In this document: positions 9,141-18,539 of the stretch, one piece after another
How positions within the stretch are numbered: the first letter of the stretch is position 1
Layout of the letters: each line of letters opens with the position of its first letter
Origin: Acidimicrobiia bacterium
GTDB lineage: Bacteria; Actinomycetota; Acidimicrobiia; Spongiisociales; JAENVV01
Reading direction: 5' to 3'
NCBI GenBank assembly: GCA_041577335.1
Contig: JBFGJH010000032.1
Span: 1-35,942 of the forward strand
Length of the DNA stretch: 35,942 nucleotides
Program-made: the position numbers and the translations under genes
The notes under the pieces: generated by a model
Told to the model about the DNA's origin: nothing
The model's database searches: none
The model's input: the letters and a program-made list of their open reading frames with translations, nothing else

Positions 9141-9347
9141 ATGAACACTGTGATGCTCAAGGTACCGGACATCTCCTGTGACCATTGCAAGACATCGATC
9201 GAAGGAGCGGTCGCAGAAGTGGCCGGCGTGGCATCGGTGGCAGTCGACGTGGCGGCCAAGACGGTCGCAATCGTCCATGACGACAGCACTTCGGTCGCTG
9301 ACGTTGTCGACGCTATCGAGGAGCAGGGCTACGAAGTCATCACCTGA
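9141..9347 (+). CDS. copZ: Copper chaperone CopZ (HMA domain)
   Basis: VPDISCDHC...[17 protein letters not shown]. Confidence 0.93.
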   Translation: MNTVMLKVPDISCDHCKTSIEGAVAEVAGVASVAVDVAAKTVAIVHDDSTSVADVVDAIEEQGYEVIT

Positions 9348-11490
9348 CGATCTCGCCTTCGATGTCGAGGGCATGACGTGCGCGTCGTGCGCTCTCCGGA
9401 TCGAACGAGTTCTCGCCAAGCAGGACTTGGTCGAATCCGCCATCGTCAACTTCGCCGGCCGGGAAGCTCGCGTCGAGATTGCCGCGGGCGCGGATGCGGA
9501 GGCACTCGTTGCCGCGGTTGACCGCCTTGGCTATCACCTGACCCCTATCGAACGCCACGCCGACAGGCCGGATCATCGCTCCTACTACTCCGAAGAAGCT
9601 CGTCGGCAATGGCGCACCTTCCTCGGCGCAGCGGCTCTGACAATCCCGGTCTTGGTTCTGGCCATGGGTCCGTTCGAGGGCAGGGCGGTTGAAGCTTGGC
9701 AAGCACTGTTGATCTTGCCGGTCGTTGCCTGGTTCGGTCGCCAATTCCATCAAGCAGCGTGGGCGCGCCTCAAATCGGCATCGGCGAACATGGACACCTT
9801 GATCTCCCTCGGGTCGGTCGCTGCCTACTCGTACTCGCTGTGGGCCGTCGCAGCGGGCGAGCCCGTCTTCTTCGAAACCGCCGGGGCAATCATCAGTTTC
9901 ATCCTCTTGGGTCGTTTCTTCGAGGCGAGAGCGAAGGGCCGGGCGTCAGAGGCAATGACGCGAATCCTCGAGCTGGGTGCCAAGGTCGCCACCGTGCTTC
10001 GCGATGGCGACGAGCAACAGATTCCCGCCGGTGAAGTCATCCCTGGCGACCTCCTGGTCGTGCGGCCCGGTGAGCGCGTCCCAACCGATGGAGTCATCAC
10101 CGAAGGCGCAACATCACTCGACGAGTCGATGCTCACTGGGGAATCGACACCCGTCGATCGGACGGTCGGTGACCAGGTGATCGGCGCAACCGTGAATCAA
10201 CAGGGACGATTCGTGATGGAGGCCACGGCGGTTGGTTCATCGACCGTGCTCCATAGGATCGTGCGCTTGGTCGAGGAGGCACAGGCGTCGAAGGCCCCGA
10301 TCCAGCGTCTCGCCGATCGAGTGTCGGCGGTCTTTGTTCCCGCGGTCATCGTGATCGCGGTCGTCACCGGCATCGTGTGGCTGGTGATGGGCGGCGATCT
10401 GACCCAGGCGGTGCGCAACGCAGTTGCGGTGCTGATCATTGCGTGCCCATGCGCGCTCGGCCTCGCCACGCCCACCGCGATCATGGTCGGAAGCGGCCGA
10501 GCCGCCGAGTTTGGGATCATCTTCAAAGGCGCGGAAGCTTTCGAACGGGCCAGCGCCATCACCACCGTCGTCTTCGACAAGACCGGCACGCTCACCTACG
10601 GGGCCATGACCCTGGCCGGAGTGGAAGCAACCGATTCGGACGAATTCCTACGGCTGACCGCCAGCCTCGAGGCAGCATCCGAACACCCGGTTGGACGGGC
10701 CGTCGCCCTCGGCGCCGAGTCACGGGGCATCGAGCTCCTCCCGGTCACCGACTTCGAAAACCAGCCTGGTCGGGGTGTGACGGGCATCGTCGATGGGCTC
10801 CGAGTGACGGCCGGCACCTCCAAGTTCGTTGCAGACGAAGGCCTGCTCGTACCCGAACGCCTGGAATTGGCCGCCCGCGAGCACGCCGAACAGGGACGGA
10901 CCGTCTTTTACGCTGGTTGGAGCGGCGAGGTTCGCGGAATCGGCAGCGTCGCCGACGGCGTCCGACCGAAGGCGGCCGACACCGTGAGCCAGCTCCACGA
11001 GCTCGGTGTTTCGGTGGAGATGCTCACCGGCGATAACCACCGCACAGCCCATACGATTGCCACCGAGCTCGGCATCGACTCCTTCACTGCCGAGGCCACG
11101 CCCAAAGACAAGGCTGAGGCAGTCGCCCGTCGCCAGCAATCAGGAGCGGTCGTGGCATTCGTCGGCGACGGGGTCAACGACGCTCCCGTGCTCGCCCAGG
11201 CAGACGTCGGCATGGCGATCGGGACCGGGACCGACATCGCCGTTGAGGCCGGGTCGGTGATTCTCGTCGGCGGCGATCCAGCGTTGGCTGCGTCGGCGCT
11301 GCGCATCGGACGAGCGACGGTTCGAACGATCAAACAGAATCTCTTCTGGGCGTTCGGCTACAACACCGCCATGATCCCTCTGGCGGCTTTCGGGCTGCTC
11401 AGCCCGATGTTGGCAGCAGCGGCCATGGCCACTTCGAGCGTCTCGGTCGTAGCCAACAGTCTGCGGCTGCGGCGTTCGACGGTGCAGTGA
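9331..11490 (+). CDS. copA: Cu(I)-translocating P1B ATPase; start codon uncertain (ACG 9331, TTG 9304 or ATG 9373)
   Basis: GMTCASC, TGES, CPC, DKTGT, SEHP, GDGVND, YN and MATSSVSV motifs. Confidence 0.93.
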   Translation, partial: TKSSPDDLAFDVEGMTCASCALRIERVLAKQDLVESAIVNFAGREARVEIAAGADAEALVAAVDRLGYHLTPIERHADRPDHRSYYSEEARRQWRTFLGAAALTIPVLVLAMGPFEGRAVEAWQALLILPVVAWFGRQFHQAAWARLKSASANMDTLISLGSVAAYSYSLWAVAAGEPVFFETAGAIISFILLGRFFEARAKGRASEAMTRILELGAKVATVLRDGDEQQIPAGEVIPGDLLVVRPGERVPTDGVITEGATSLDESMLTGESTPVDRTVGDQVIGATVNQQGRFVMEATAVGSSTVLHRIVRLVEEAQASKAPIQRLADRVSAVFVPAVIVIAVVTGIVWLVMGGDLTQAVRNAVAVLIIACPCALGLATPTAIMVGSGRAAEFGIIFKGAEAFERASAITTVVFDKTGTLTYGAMTLAGVEATDSDEFLRLTASLEAASEHPVGRAVALGAESRGIELLPVTDFENQPGRGVTGIVDGLRVTAGTSKFVADEGLLVPERLELAAREHAEQGRTVFYAGWSGEVRGIGSVADGVRPKAADTVSQLHELGVSVEMLTGDNHRTAHTIATELGIDSFTAEATPKDKAEAVARRQQSGAVVAFVGDGVNDAPVLAQADVGMAIGTGTDIAVEAGSVILVGGDPALAASALRIGRATVRTIKQNLFWAFGYNTAMIPLAAFGLLSPMLAAAAMATSSVSVVANSLRLRRSTVQ

Positions 11491-11521
11491 TCTCTGCGAG
11501 CGTCCCGGTACTCTCACCCCC

Positions 11522-12220
11522 ATGAGCAACCCCACCGGTGATGGTTCCCACGACATCATCGCGGCGGGAGCACGCCGCAGGCTCCGCGATCTCGAAGTTC
11601 AGCCTGAGACCATCCTCTTCGTGTTCATCGGCGTTCTTATTTTCGTACTGCTGGCGATGGCGGTATGGCTGTTCACACGCCCGTCGGACGTGTGCGCCGG
11701 GGGAATCTGTAGTGGCGCCGAACCGGTTGGGATCGCCCGAACGACGGACGGATCATCGATTGCGGTCCACTACGTGCGGTGCGGCAACGAGGCAATCACC
11801 CGGATCGCGATCGAGTCCGCCACCAGTGGCACGACCCTCTGGGAGCTCGCCGGGAGCTACCGGGGCACTCGGACCGCGTTCGTTGCTGGTCAGGCAACTG
11901 ACGAACTCGAAGAGACGGTCGAACTCGGAAGCCTCCCTTCGGAAGACCTCGTTGCGATCGTCGAGGCCGACCTCGTGCACGCGGTCGATTTCAACCGTAT
12001 CGAGTTGCTCCGCGGGTTCGTTCTCTACGAGGGCTTCGCACTCACCGGTGACGAGTTCGTACAGACGGCGAAGGCCAACGGTGCGTGCGAGGACTGGGTA
12101 CCGGCATTGGGCGTCGGTTCGGCCCGCGCCCTTCAGATCGGGTTGCTGGCTGCGGCCGCCCTGGTGGGTGGCGGGTTGGCAATCCGCTACGGTCCGAACA
12201 AGGAGGATATTCCAACGTGA
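11522..12220 (+). CDS. Hypothetical membrane protein with two TM segments flanking a Cys-containing soluble domain
   Basis: 232-aa ORF; TACTCT -10 directly upstream; GTGA-coupled to the next gene. Confidence 0.65.
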   Translation: MSNPTGDGSHDIIAAGARRRLRDLEVQPETILFVFIGVLIFVLLAMAVWLFTRPSDVCAGGICSGAEPVGIARTTDGSSIAVHYVRCGNEAITRIAIESATSGTTLWELAGSYRGTRTAFVAGQATDELEETVELGSLPSEDLVAIVEADLVHAVDFNRIELLRGFVLYEGFALTGDEFVQTAKANGACEDWVPALGVGSARALQIGLLAAAALVGGGLAIRYGPNKEDIPT

Positions 12221-12606
12221 ACCGGTGGTTGTTGTTCATACATCTCGTCGGCGCCGCCGTTTGGCTCGGCGGCATGGTCACCGTGGGAGCGCTGGTGCCG
12301 GCGATGCGGAAGGCCGGGGCAGAACGCGCCCAGATTCAAGCGGTGGCACGTCAGTTTGGCCGCGTCTCGTGGGTCGCCCTGGGTCCGACCGTGGGCGTGG
12401 GCATCATCGCCCTCATCATCAATCCAGATCTCGTGTCGGCGCTCCCGGGCTTCGAACTGAAGATGGGGCTTGTTGCTGCAGCAGCAGGGCTCGCCCTCTG
12501 GCATCAGCTCGCAGCCGGCGATCAGTCGCCCGCGAGGCGGGGCATGACCCAGGCGGCGATCCTGGTGGTCACTCTGGGGGTGTACGCGGTAGCAGCTGGG
12601 TGGTGA
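12217..12606 (+). CDS. CopD-like four-TM membrane protein
   Basis: HLVGAAVWLGG and LKMGLV...H motifs; RBS AGGAGG, GTG 12217. Confidence 0.7.
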   Translation: MNRWLLFIHLVGAAVWLGGMVTVGALVPAMRKAGAERAQIQAVARQFGRVSWVALGPTVGVGIIALIINPDLVSALPGFELKMGLVAAAAGLALWHQLAAGDQSPARRGMTQAAILVVTLGVYAVAAGW

Positions 12607-12651
12607 CCCAGCTGCTAGGCATATGGAGAAGCAGCACCTGCTGCCCAACCG

Positions 12652-12744
12652 TTACTTCTTGCGCTTGTGGCGATTCGCCTTGATGCGCTTGCGGTATTTG
12701 TGCTTGGACATCTTCTTGCGTCGCTTCTTGACCAGCGAACCCAT
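12652..12744 (-). CDS. Small basic ribosomal protein, bS22 / AURKAIP1-COX24 family (30 aa)
   Basis: MGSLVKKRRKKMSKHKYRKRIKANRHKRKK*; GAGG RBS; below the ORF-track length cutoff. Confidence 0.9.
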   Translation of the reverse strand: MGSLVKKRRKKMSKHKYRKRIKANRHKRKK

Positions 12745-12931
12745 GTATGAACCTCAATAATCCGTGTGGGGTGTCCCATAGCTTGCCTGCTTGTGAGCCC
12801 GGGCGCAAACTCGAGTGGGGCAGCCGGGGGCGGGACCAGCCCTCCCCGCGTTCCGGTGGCGCAGGTGACCTTTGGTGGTGCCGGTCGGTACTGGCGAGCT
12901 GAACACATTCCCGCCTGGCGGTTCCTGGCAG

Positions 12932-13786
12932 CTACTGCGCAATGAGCCCCGTCGCAGCCACGGGCAACACCAGCACATTCGCCGATTCGGCTGTCGCTCC
13001 GGCCAAAGCCTCCGCAACGGCAGTGAGCTTGGCGTCCTGAACGACAGCGAGAACCGAGGGCCCGGCGCCACTCCAACACGCATGGGCGGCGCCTGCGGCG
13101 AGGGCAGCGTCGATCACCGACGTCGCGGCCGGATGAAGCTCGGCTCGGCACGATTCGTGAAGCTCGTCACCCGCCGCTTTCCCCAGCAGATCGGCGGAGC
13201 CCGTGCGCAGGCCTTCGGTCAGGGCAATGAGCCGCCCCAGGTTGCGGACAACCGCCGGCCGAGGGATCTCAGACCGCAACACGCGCCGAGCCTCGCTGGT
13301 CGGTAGCACGTCCTCGGGGACGCCTACCACGAAGCGCCAACTCGGGTGAATCTCGAGGCTGACATGACGCTGATCCGGTGTCACCCCTACCAAGCCGCCG
13401 TAGACCGTTGCCGCCGCGTTGTCGGCGTGTCCCTCGAATTCGGTGACGAGTTGGCACACCCGTTCACGGTCGAGTACACCTTCGATCGCCATCATCGCGG
13501 CAGCTGCCCCCGCAGCCGCGGCGGCAGAGGACGATCCCAGGCCACGACCGAGAGGAATGTGGTTCCGCACCGTGAGTGCGAGGGCTTGTTTTGGGGAGAT
13601 TGTCCTGGCCGCTGCCAGGACCACATCCTCGGCCCCCGGTTCCAATAGTTCGGGCCCTTCGTGGCGGGCACTCCACTGGTCGCTGATGTGCGCCGCTACC
13701 GAGCATCGCAGCTCCAATGCCAACCCAATGACATCAAACCCTGGCCCGAGGTTTCCGGAGGATGCCGGCGCAGAGACCTCAGCCAC
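12932..13786 (-). CDS. thrB: Homoserine kinase
   Basis: APASSGNLGPGFD, IPLGRGLGSS, EGHADN and SGAGPS motifs. Confidence 0.95.
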   Translation of the reverse strand: MAEVSAPASSGNLGPGFDVIGLALELRCSVAAHISDQWSARHEGPELLEPGAEDVVLAAARTISPKQALALTVRNHIPLGRGLGSSSAAAAAGAAAAMMAIEGVLDRERVCQLVTEFEGHADNAAATVYGGLVGVTPDQRHVSLEIHPSWRFVVGVPEDVLPTSEARRVLRSEIPRPAVVRNLGRLIALTEGLRTGSADLLGKAAGDELHESCRAELHPAATSVIDAALAAGAAHACWSGAGPSVLAVVQDAKLTAVAEALAGATAESANVLVLPVAATGLIAQ

Positions 13787-13943
13787 AACGGCTCTCGAGC
13801 AGCACTACGAGCGTCGGCATGTCCTTGGTGGTCCGGACGGATTGCCATGGACCTCGCGATCCCCTGCCATTGTTGAACTCGCGCCTCGCCACCAAGAAGG
13901 CGTACCCCTCGATCGGCGCGGTTTCAGAGTCCTCGGATGCCAT
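13779..13943 (-). CDS. Putative 54-aa leaderless small protein upstream of thrB
   Basis: TACAAT-8nt-ATG; MASEDSETAPIEGYAFLVARREFNNGRGSRGPWQSVRTTKDMPTLVVLLESRCG*; its stop overlaps the thrB start (GTGGCTGA). Confidence 0.45.
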   Translation of the reverse strand: MASEDSETAPIEGYAFLVARREFNNGRGSRGPWQSVRTTKDMPTLVVLLESRCG

Positions 13944-13964
13944 GGATTGCCATTGTACGGCCCA

Positions 13965-14762
13965 TCACAAGGCCAGCTCGCGCACTTCGTCGTGAACAAC
14001 CGACCCTCCCAGGCGGGCAACTGGCCCATCCCAGATGAGTGAGATCTCGGATGGAAAGCCCATTTCGGCCCCTTGCAAAAGCGTCACTGCACCGCGGCGG
14101 TGGCCGCGATGCCTGAACGTGGCCGCCAATGCCACCGCCGCGCTCCCCGTAGCCGGGTCCTCGAGGATGCCCATCTTGGGAGCGAAGAAGCGGGTCTGGA
14201 TAGTGTTCTCGTCGAGATGTGACCAGATCGACAGGTGCTGTCCATCACGATGGCCGCCTAGTGTCGCCTCATCGGCAACATACGCGGCAACGTCGGTGGG
14301 ACTGGATAGCTCGGCGATCACGTAGCTCAAGGGCATGTCAACCACATAGGTCGAGGCGACGCTGCTGAGTCCGAGCGCAGCTTCATCGAAGTCAGGATAC
14401 GTCCGCACCTCCTGATCCAGAGCAACGTCGATCCACGCTTTCGTTCCGTCCCAAGACAGTGCCACAGCACCGATTCCGCATGTCAGCTCGGCCGTCGGCT
14501 CAGGAGCCAGCGTGTTGAGGAGCCACGCCGCTCCCACCAAAGGATGACCGGCGAACGGCAATTCGATTGTCGGTGTGAAGATCCGAACATCGGGAACCTC
14601 GCCGGCCATGGAGTCGATGAAGATCGTCTCGGAGAATCCGAGGTCGGTGGCGATCGCCTGCATGGTCTCGTCGGTGAGACCTACCACATCCGTCACGATG
14701 CCGAGATGGTTCCCACCCTCATCGCCTCTGGTGAACACTCGAACAACGAAGCAGTGCCTCAT
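13965..14762 (-). CDS. PhzF family phenazine biosynthesis-like epimerase
   Basis: VFT...GGN, GFSETIF, RIFTPTIELPFAGHP and EDPATGSA motifs; ATG 14762 with AGAGG RBS. Confidence 0.92.
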   Translation of the reverse strand: MRHCFVVRVFTRGDEGGNHLGIVTDVVGLTDETMQAIATDLGFSETIFIDSMAGEVPDVRIFTPTIELPFAGHPLVGAAWLLNTLAPEPTAELTCGIGAVALSWDGTKAWIDVALDQEVRTYPDFDEAALGLSSVASTYVVDMPLSYVIAELSSPTDVAAYVADEATLGGHRDGQHLSIWSHLDENTIQTRFFAPKMGILEDPATGSAAVALAATFRHRGHRRGAVTLLQGAEMGFPSEISLIWDGPVARLGGSVVHDEVRELAL

Positions 14763-14804
14763 CTGTACCTCTGTTGAGAGGCAGTCAGAGTACCGTGGCG
14801 GCTC

Positions 14805-15014
14805 ATGCCAGATATCTTCGACTTCGATTCTCTGTTCGCGCAGATGACGCTCGCACTGGGCTTGGCGCTGGTTGTCGGGAACGGCTTCGCCATGTACAAA
14901 CACGCTCGCGGGGAGCACCCGGCCGATGCCGCGGGTGCCTTTCGGCCGGGCCGAGCCCGGTTCTTGCTGGTCGTTGGCATCGTCATGACCGTCTGGGGAG
15001 CCATCAGTCTCTGA
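14805..15014 (+). CDS. Small two-TM membrane protein
   Basis: 69 aa with two hydrophobic helices; TACCGT -10 then ATG. Confidence 0.65.
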   Translation: MPDIFDFDSLFAQMTLALGLALVVGNGFAMYKHARGEHPADAAGAFRPGRARFLLVVGIVMTVWGAISL

Positions 15015-15072
15015 TCGGGCGGCGGAGCCAGGGTGCACCACCCGACGCTTGGACGTATCATGCCGGCACAAT

Positions 15073-15143
15073 GCGGGTGTAGTTCAATGGTAGAACACAA
15101 GCTTCCCAAGCTTGGAATGCGGGTTCGATTCCCGTCACCCGCT
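15073..15143 (+). tRNA. tRNA-Gly(CCC)
   Basis: Cloverleaf: acceptor GCGGGTG/CACCCGC, D-arm GTTC/GAAC, anticodon arm CAAGC-TTCCCAA-GCTTG, T-arm GCGGG-TTCGATT-CCCGT; CCA not encoded. Confidence 0.97.
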
Positions 15144-15172
15144 CGGAACGCGGCGAGTGCGAAGGGGCCACG

Positions 15173-15739
15173 TTGATCTTCTCAGATCGGACAATCAAGG
15201 AAGCGATCGCGAGCGGTCGCGTCGGCATCGACCCCTACGAAGAGGCGTTCGTGCAGCCGTCATCGGTCGACCTCAGGGTGGACCGCTACTTCCGGGTGTT
15301 CGAAAACCACAAATACCCGCACATCGACCCTCGCACGCGCCAAGAAGACCTCACCACCATCGTCGAGTGCTCCGACGGCGAGCCGTTCGTACTGCACCCG
15401 GGCGAGTTCGTTCTCGGCTCCACCCTCGAACGTGTCCGACTGGGCACGGATGTGGTCGCCCGTCTCGAAGGCAAGTCGAGCCTCGGTCGGCTGGGCCTGC
15501 TCATCCATTCGACGGCGGGATTCGTAGATCCGGGTTTCGACGGTTTCTTGACACTCGAACTCTCCAACGTCGCCAACCTCCCCATCGCCATCTATCCGGC
15601 CATGAAGATCGGCCAGATCTCGTTCTATCAGATGACCACTCCCGCCGACACGCCCTACGGCAGCACCGATTCCGACTCGAAATACCAGGGTCAACGGGGG
15701 CCGACCCCCAGCCGGATCCATAAGGATTTCTCCAACTAG
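15173..15739 (+). CDS. dcd: dCTP deaminase
   Basis: [28 protein letters not shown] and SKYQGQ motifs. Confidence 0.96.
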   Translation: MIFSDRTIKEAIASGRVGIDPYEEAFVQPSSVDLRVDRYFRVFENHKYPHIDPRTRQEDLTTIVECSDGEPFVLHPGEFVLGSTLERVRLGTDVVARLEGKSSLGRLGLLIHSTAGFVDPGFDGFLTLELSNVANLPIAIYPAMKIGQISFYQMTTPADTPYGSTDSDSKYQGQRGPTPSRIHKDFSN

Positions 15740-15740
15740 T

Positions 15741-15767
15741 TGCAACCGAAGGCGGCTTCCCCGCGTT
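15741..15767 (+). promoter_or_regulatory. Candidate ECF-sigma promoter
   Basis: TGCAACC-N16-CGTT upstream of the ECF sigma gene. Confidence 0.5.
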
Positions 15768-15880
15768 CTTATAGGTGTGTAACCGCGGTAGCGGCCGGTG
15801 GTTCGGCCATGACCCCGTGACGAGACGAGAAAGGAGCATCAGACGGATGCTCCTCCAACCTGAGAGAAGCGGCGGAAGCA

Positions 15881-16447
15881 ATGGAGATCGACCCATGGGG
15901 CGTGGAGACGGTGACACAGGATCTGGCTGAACTCCTGGCCAAGGATCTCGATACCCACTTCGAGGACTTCGTTCGCTCGAGGCAAGATCGGGTCTACGCA
16001 GGGATGCTTCGGCTCGTCAGGCACCCAGAAGACGCTGCCGACCTGACACAAGAGACGTTTGTGAAGGCATACCGCGCGCTGTCCGAATACAGCGCTCTCA
16101 GGATTCGAGAAATGTCGCTCGATGCTTGGGTCTGGACGATTGCCCTCAACCTGTGTCGAGGCAAAGGCAGGGTCAAGCGGCCGACCTTGGTGCCGCTGGA
16201 AGGCGCCGAGCTGACGGCCCGCTCCGCCGAGCAAGAGGCGGTGACCCGAATAGAGGGCGACCGCTTGGTGACCGGTCTCCGCCGGCTCACTCCCCCCCAG
16301 CGGGAAACGATCGTCCTCCACCACGTTGCCGGACTCTCCTACCGGGAGATCAGCGAAGCAACCGGCAAGCCCGAAGGAACCCTGAAATCGAACGTCGCTC
16401 GGGGGATACAACGCCTGGCGACCATTCTGGAGAATGAGCATGACTGA
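15881..16447 (+). CDS. ECF sigma-70 factor
   Basis: Region 2 DAADLTQETFVKAY/WVWTIALN; region 4 GLSYREISEATGKPEGTLKSNVARG; alternative start GTG 15911. Confidence 0.92.
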   Translation: MEIDPWGVETVTQDLAELLAKDLDTHFEDFVRSRQDRVYAGMLRLVRHPEDAADLTQETFVKAYRALSEYSALRIREMSLDAWVWTIALNLCRGKGRVKRPTLVPLEGAELTARSAEQEAVTRIEGDRLVTGLRRLTPPQRETIVLHHVAGLSYREISEATGKPEGTLKSNVARGIQRLATILENEHD

Positions 16448-17204
16448 CATCATCGGACAACTCGAATCACGCTCGGAGCCCGCGCCGGGGCGCATATCGG
16501 CGGGGATACTCCTCGAGACGGGCCTGGCAGATGCCGTCGTCACCCTCGACGGCCCCATCGGAAGCCTGCAAGTTGCGTTCAATGACCACGGGGTATCTGC
16601 CAGCACGCTTCTGGCTGCAACGGATGAGTTCCAAACACAATTCGAAAAGCGCTTCGGGCGTCGCCTGATCCCGGTAGAAGCGGCTCCCCGCCGGCTGCAT
16701 GACCGAATCGTACGGGCCGTCGAGTCAAGTCGACTTGGCTCTCTCCCCATCGACCTGCGTTCCTCGACTCCATTCCAACAACAGGTCCTCAAAGCCGTTG
16801 CAGCCATTCCTCCGGGCGAGGTACGACCGTACGGATGGGTGGCTCGGGCAGTGGGACGGCCCAACGCGTCGCGAGCCGTTGGAATGACCATGGCCACGAA
16901 TCCGATTCCGGTACTGATTCCATGTCATCGTGTAGTGCGCAGCGACGGCAGCATCGGCAACTACCTCTTCGGATCTGACACAAAAGAGGCGCTCCTTGCC
17001 GCGGAGGGAATGAACGTCGCCGAGCAGGTGGAAGCTGCGCGATCGGGCTACCGGCTCACCGGATCGGCGACCACCCACATCACCTGTTTCCCAACCTGCC
17101 GCCATGCTCGGCGAACCACCGACCGTCATCGCCGGTGGTTCCACACCATGGACGAGGCCGTGGCGGCCGGATACCGGCCCTGCAAGGTGTGCCGGCCCGA
17201 CTGA
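16440..17204 (+). CDS. ogt: Methylated-DNA-protein-cysteine methyltransferase with a C-terminal Ada Zn-binding domain
   Basis: IPPGEVRPYG, RAVG and NPIPVLIPCHRV motifs; C-terminal CFPTC...GYRPCKVCRP. Confidence 0.92.
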   Translation: MTDIIGQLESRSEPAPGRISAGILLETGLADAVVTLDGPIGSLQVAFNDHGVSASTLLAATDEFQTQFEKRFGRRLIPVEAAPRRLHDRIVRAVESSRLGSLPIDLRSSTPFQQQVLKAVAAIPPGEVRPYGWVARAVGRPNASRAVGMTMATNPIPVLIPCHRVVRSDGSIGNYLFGSDTKEALLAAEGMNVAEQVEAARSGYRLTGSATTHITCFPTCRHARRTTDRHRRWFHTMDEAVAAGYRPCKVCRPD

Positions 17205-17248
17205 CGCCAACGTTGAGTCCCGGGGAACATGAGAGTCGCAACCGTCGG

Positions 17249-18448
17249 TCAGGGACGGCGCGTAAACACATTCGCGACTCGGTCGGTCATTTCGAGCTCG
17301 AACACCTCATCGGAGTCGACGCCATAGAAGATGAGCACGGACTTGCGACCATCGTCACGGCTCATGATCAGGTAGTCACCACCGCTACCCCAACCGTGAA
17401 TCGTCACGTCGCCCAGCTCGAGTCGTACGAGATCGGTCTCGGTGGCCACATACACGGCAAGGCCACCCGGCTCCTGCACCTCGAGCCCAATCATTGGTCG
17501 GTATGGCGACAAAACCGAGCGTGTCACCACGCCGGCGACTTGGGGCACCCAGACCGGCTCGGCGAACTCCGTCAGGTCAGCCTGCGCACGGAGGATGTCA
17601 CCTCCCTGGGCGACCAACAATGCTCCATCGGTGTCGCGCCCGATGTACTGCACGGGAGCGCGGCCCAGGTCGGCCCCGTTGGTACCGATCATGATGAGCT
17701 CGCCGTCCGACTCCAAGGCAAACCCGAAATCTCCCCAGGCAAGTAGCTGGGCGCCACCGATATCTTGCACGTAGCTGACGAGCAGATCAGATTCGCCTGG
17801 ACGGCGGACGATCTCGCCGGTGAACAACGCCCGCCTTCCCACCTCGATCTCGGTGGTGTACGCGATGTGCCCTGGCTCGGTGTCGTGCCAGGCGAACGCG
17901 TCAGCGCCGATCGCAACCGGACCCGACGACTCCGACGACAGGTCTCCCATCGCCAGCATGACTCCGTTCCATTGCGACGACTCGAAGCGCGCGAAGTAGT
18001 TGCCTGAAAGATCAAACACACCATCGTCGAATGCGGCCGTTCGGGCGGCCGCATTCGAGCCCGGTCCCCACAGCAGCTGATAGAACGGCTCGCTTTCCTC
18101 GTTGACGTGGGCAACGATCAGCAAGTCTGAGAATCCCGGCACGAGCTGATTGAGGGGCTGGCCAGGCTCGCGCCGCTCCGGGCGGGCTGCCGGCTCTCGC
18201 AGAGCCGGCTGGGACTCCTCGAAGCCGGAGAGGTTGGCTCGGTCGCGAATTTGCTCTTCCTGCTGCAGTTCGCCAGACGTCGGTGCGGGGGCGGGTCGGT
18301 TGGCAAAGACGGCCAATGCCGCAATGACGACGAGGGCCACGATCACGAGGCCGATGATCGGGCCCTTCGGCGACCGTGAGGGTGGCGCCTCCTGCGTCTC
18401 GGGAATCCCGAGAATGATCGTTTCCTGGCTGGTGCGGTCGTATGCGAT
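17249..18448 (-). CDS. Hypothetical membrane-anchored protein, probably beta-rich extracytoplasmic domain; start uncertain (ATC 18448 or GTG 18346)
   Basis: Open frame with a single N-terminal TM helix; TAGGCT -10 lies 6 nt upstream of ATC. Confidence 0.65.
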   Translation of the reverse strand: MAYDRTSQETIILGIPETQEAPPSRSPKGPIIGLVIVALVVIAALAVFANRPAPAPTSGELQQEEQIRDRANLSGFEESQPALREPAARPERREPGQPLNQLVPGFSDLLIVAHVNEESEPFYQLLWGPGSNAAARTAAFDDGVFDLSGNYFARFESSQWNGVMLAMGDLSSESSGPVAIGADAFAWHDTEPGHIAYTTEIEVGRRALFTGEIVRRPGESDLLVSYVQDIGGAQLLAWGDFGFALESDGELIMIGTNGADLGRAPVQYIGRDTDGALLVAQGGDILRAQADLTEFAEPVWVPQVAGVVTRSVLSPYRPMIGLEVQEPGGLAVYVATETDLVRLELGDVTIHGWGSGGDYLIMSRDDGRKSVLIFYGVDSDEVFELEMTDRVANVFTRRP

Positions 18449-18505
18449 AAATAGAGCCTACGACGGCACTCGACATTCGTCACCAAGAAAAGAAGCCGAT
18501 GGACC

Positions 18506-18533
18506 TCAAGGAATATGGCCCGGTTGCCGATAA
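18506..18533 (+). promoter_or_regulatory. Sigma28/WhiG-type promoter candidate
   Basis: TCAAG-N15-GCCGATAA with a perfect sigma28 -10 octamer. Confidence 0.6.
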
Positions 18534-18539
18534 AGGGAG

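Noticed and set aside
15073..17250. tRNA-Gly as the integration site of an island
   Set aside because: No integrase, no duplicated tRNA 3' end seen, and the housekeeping gene dcd follows directly.
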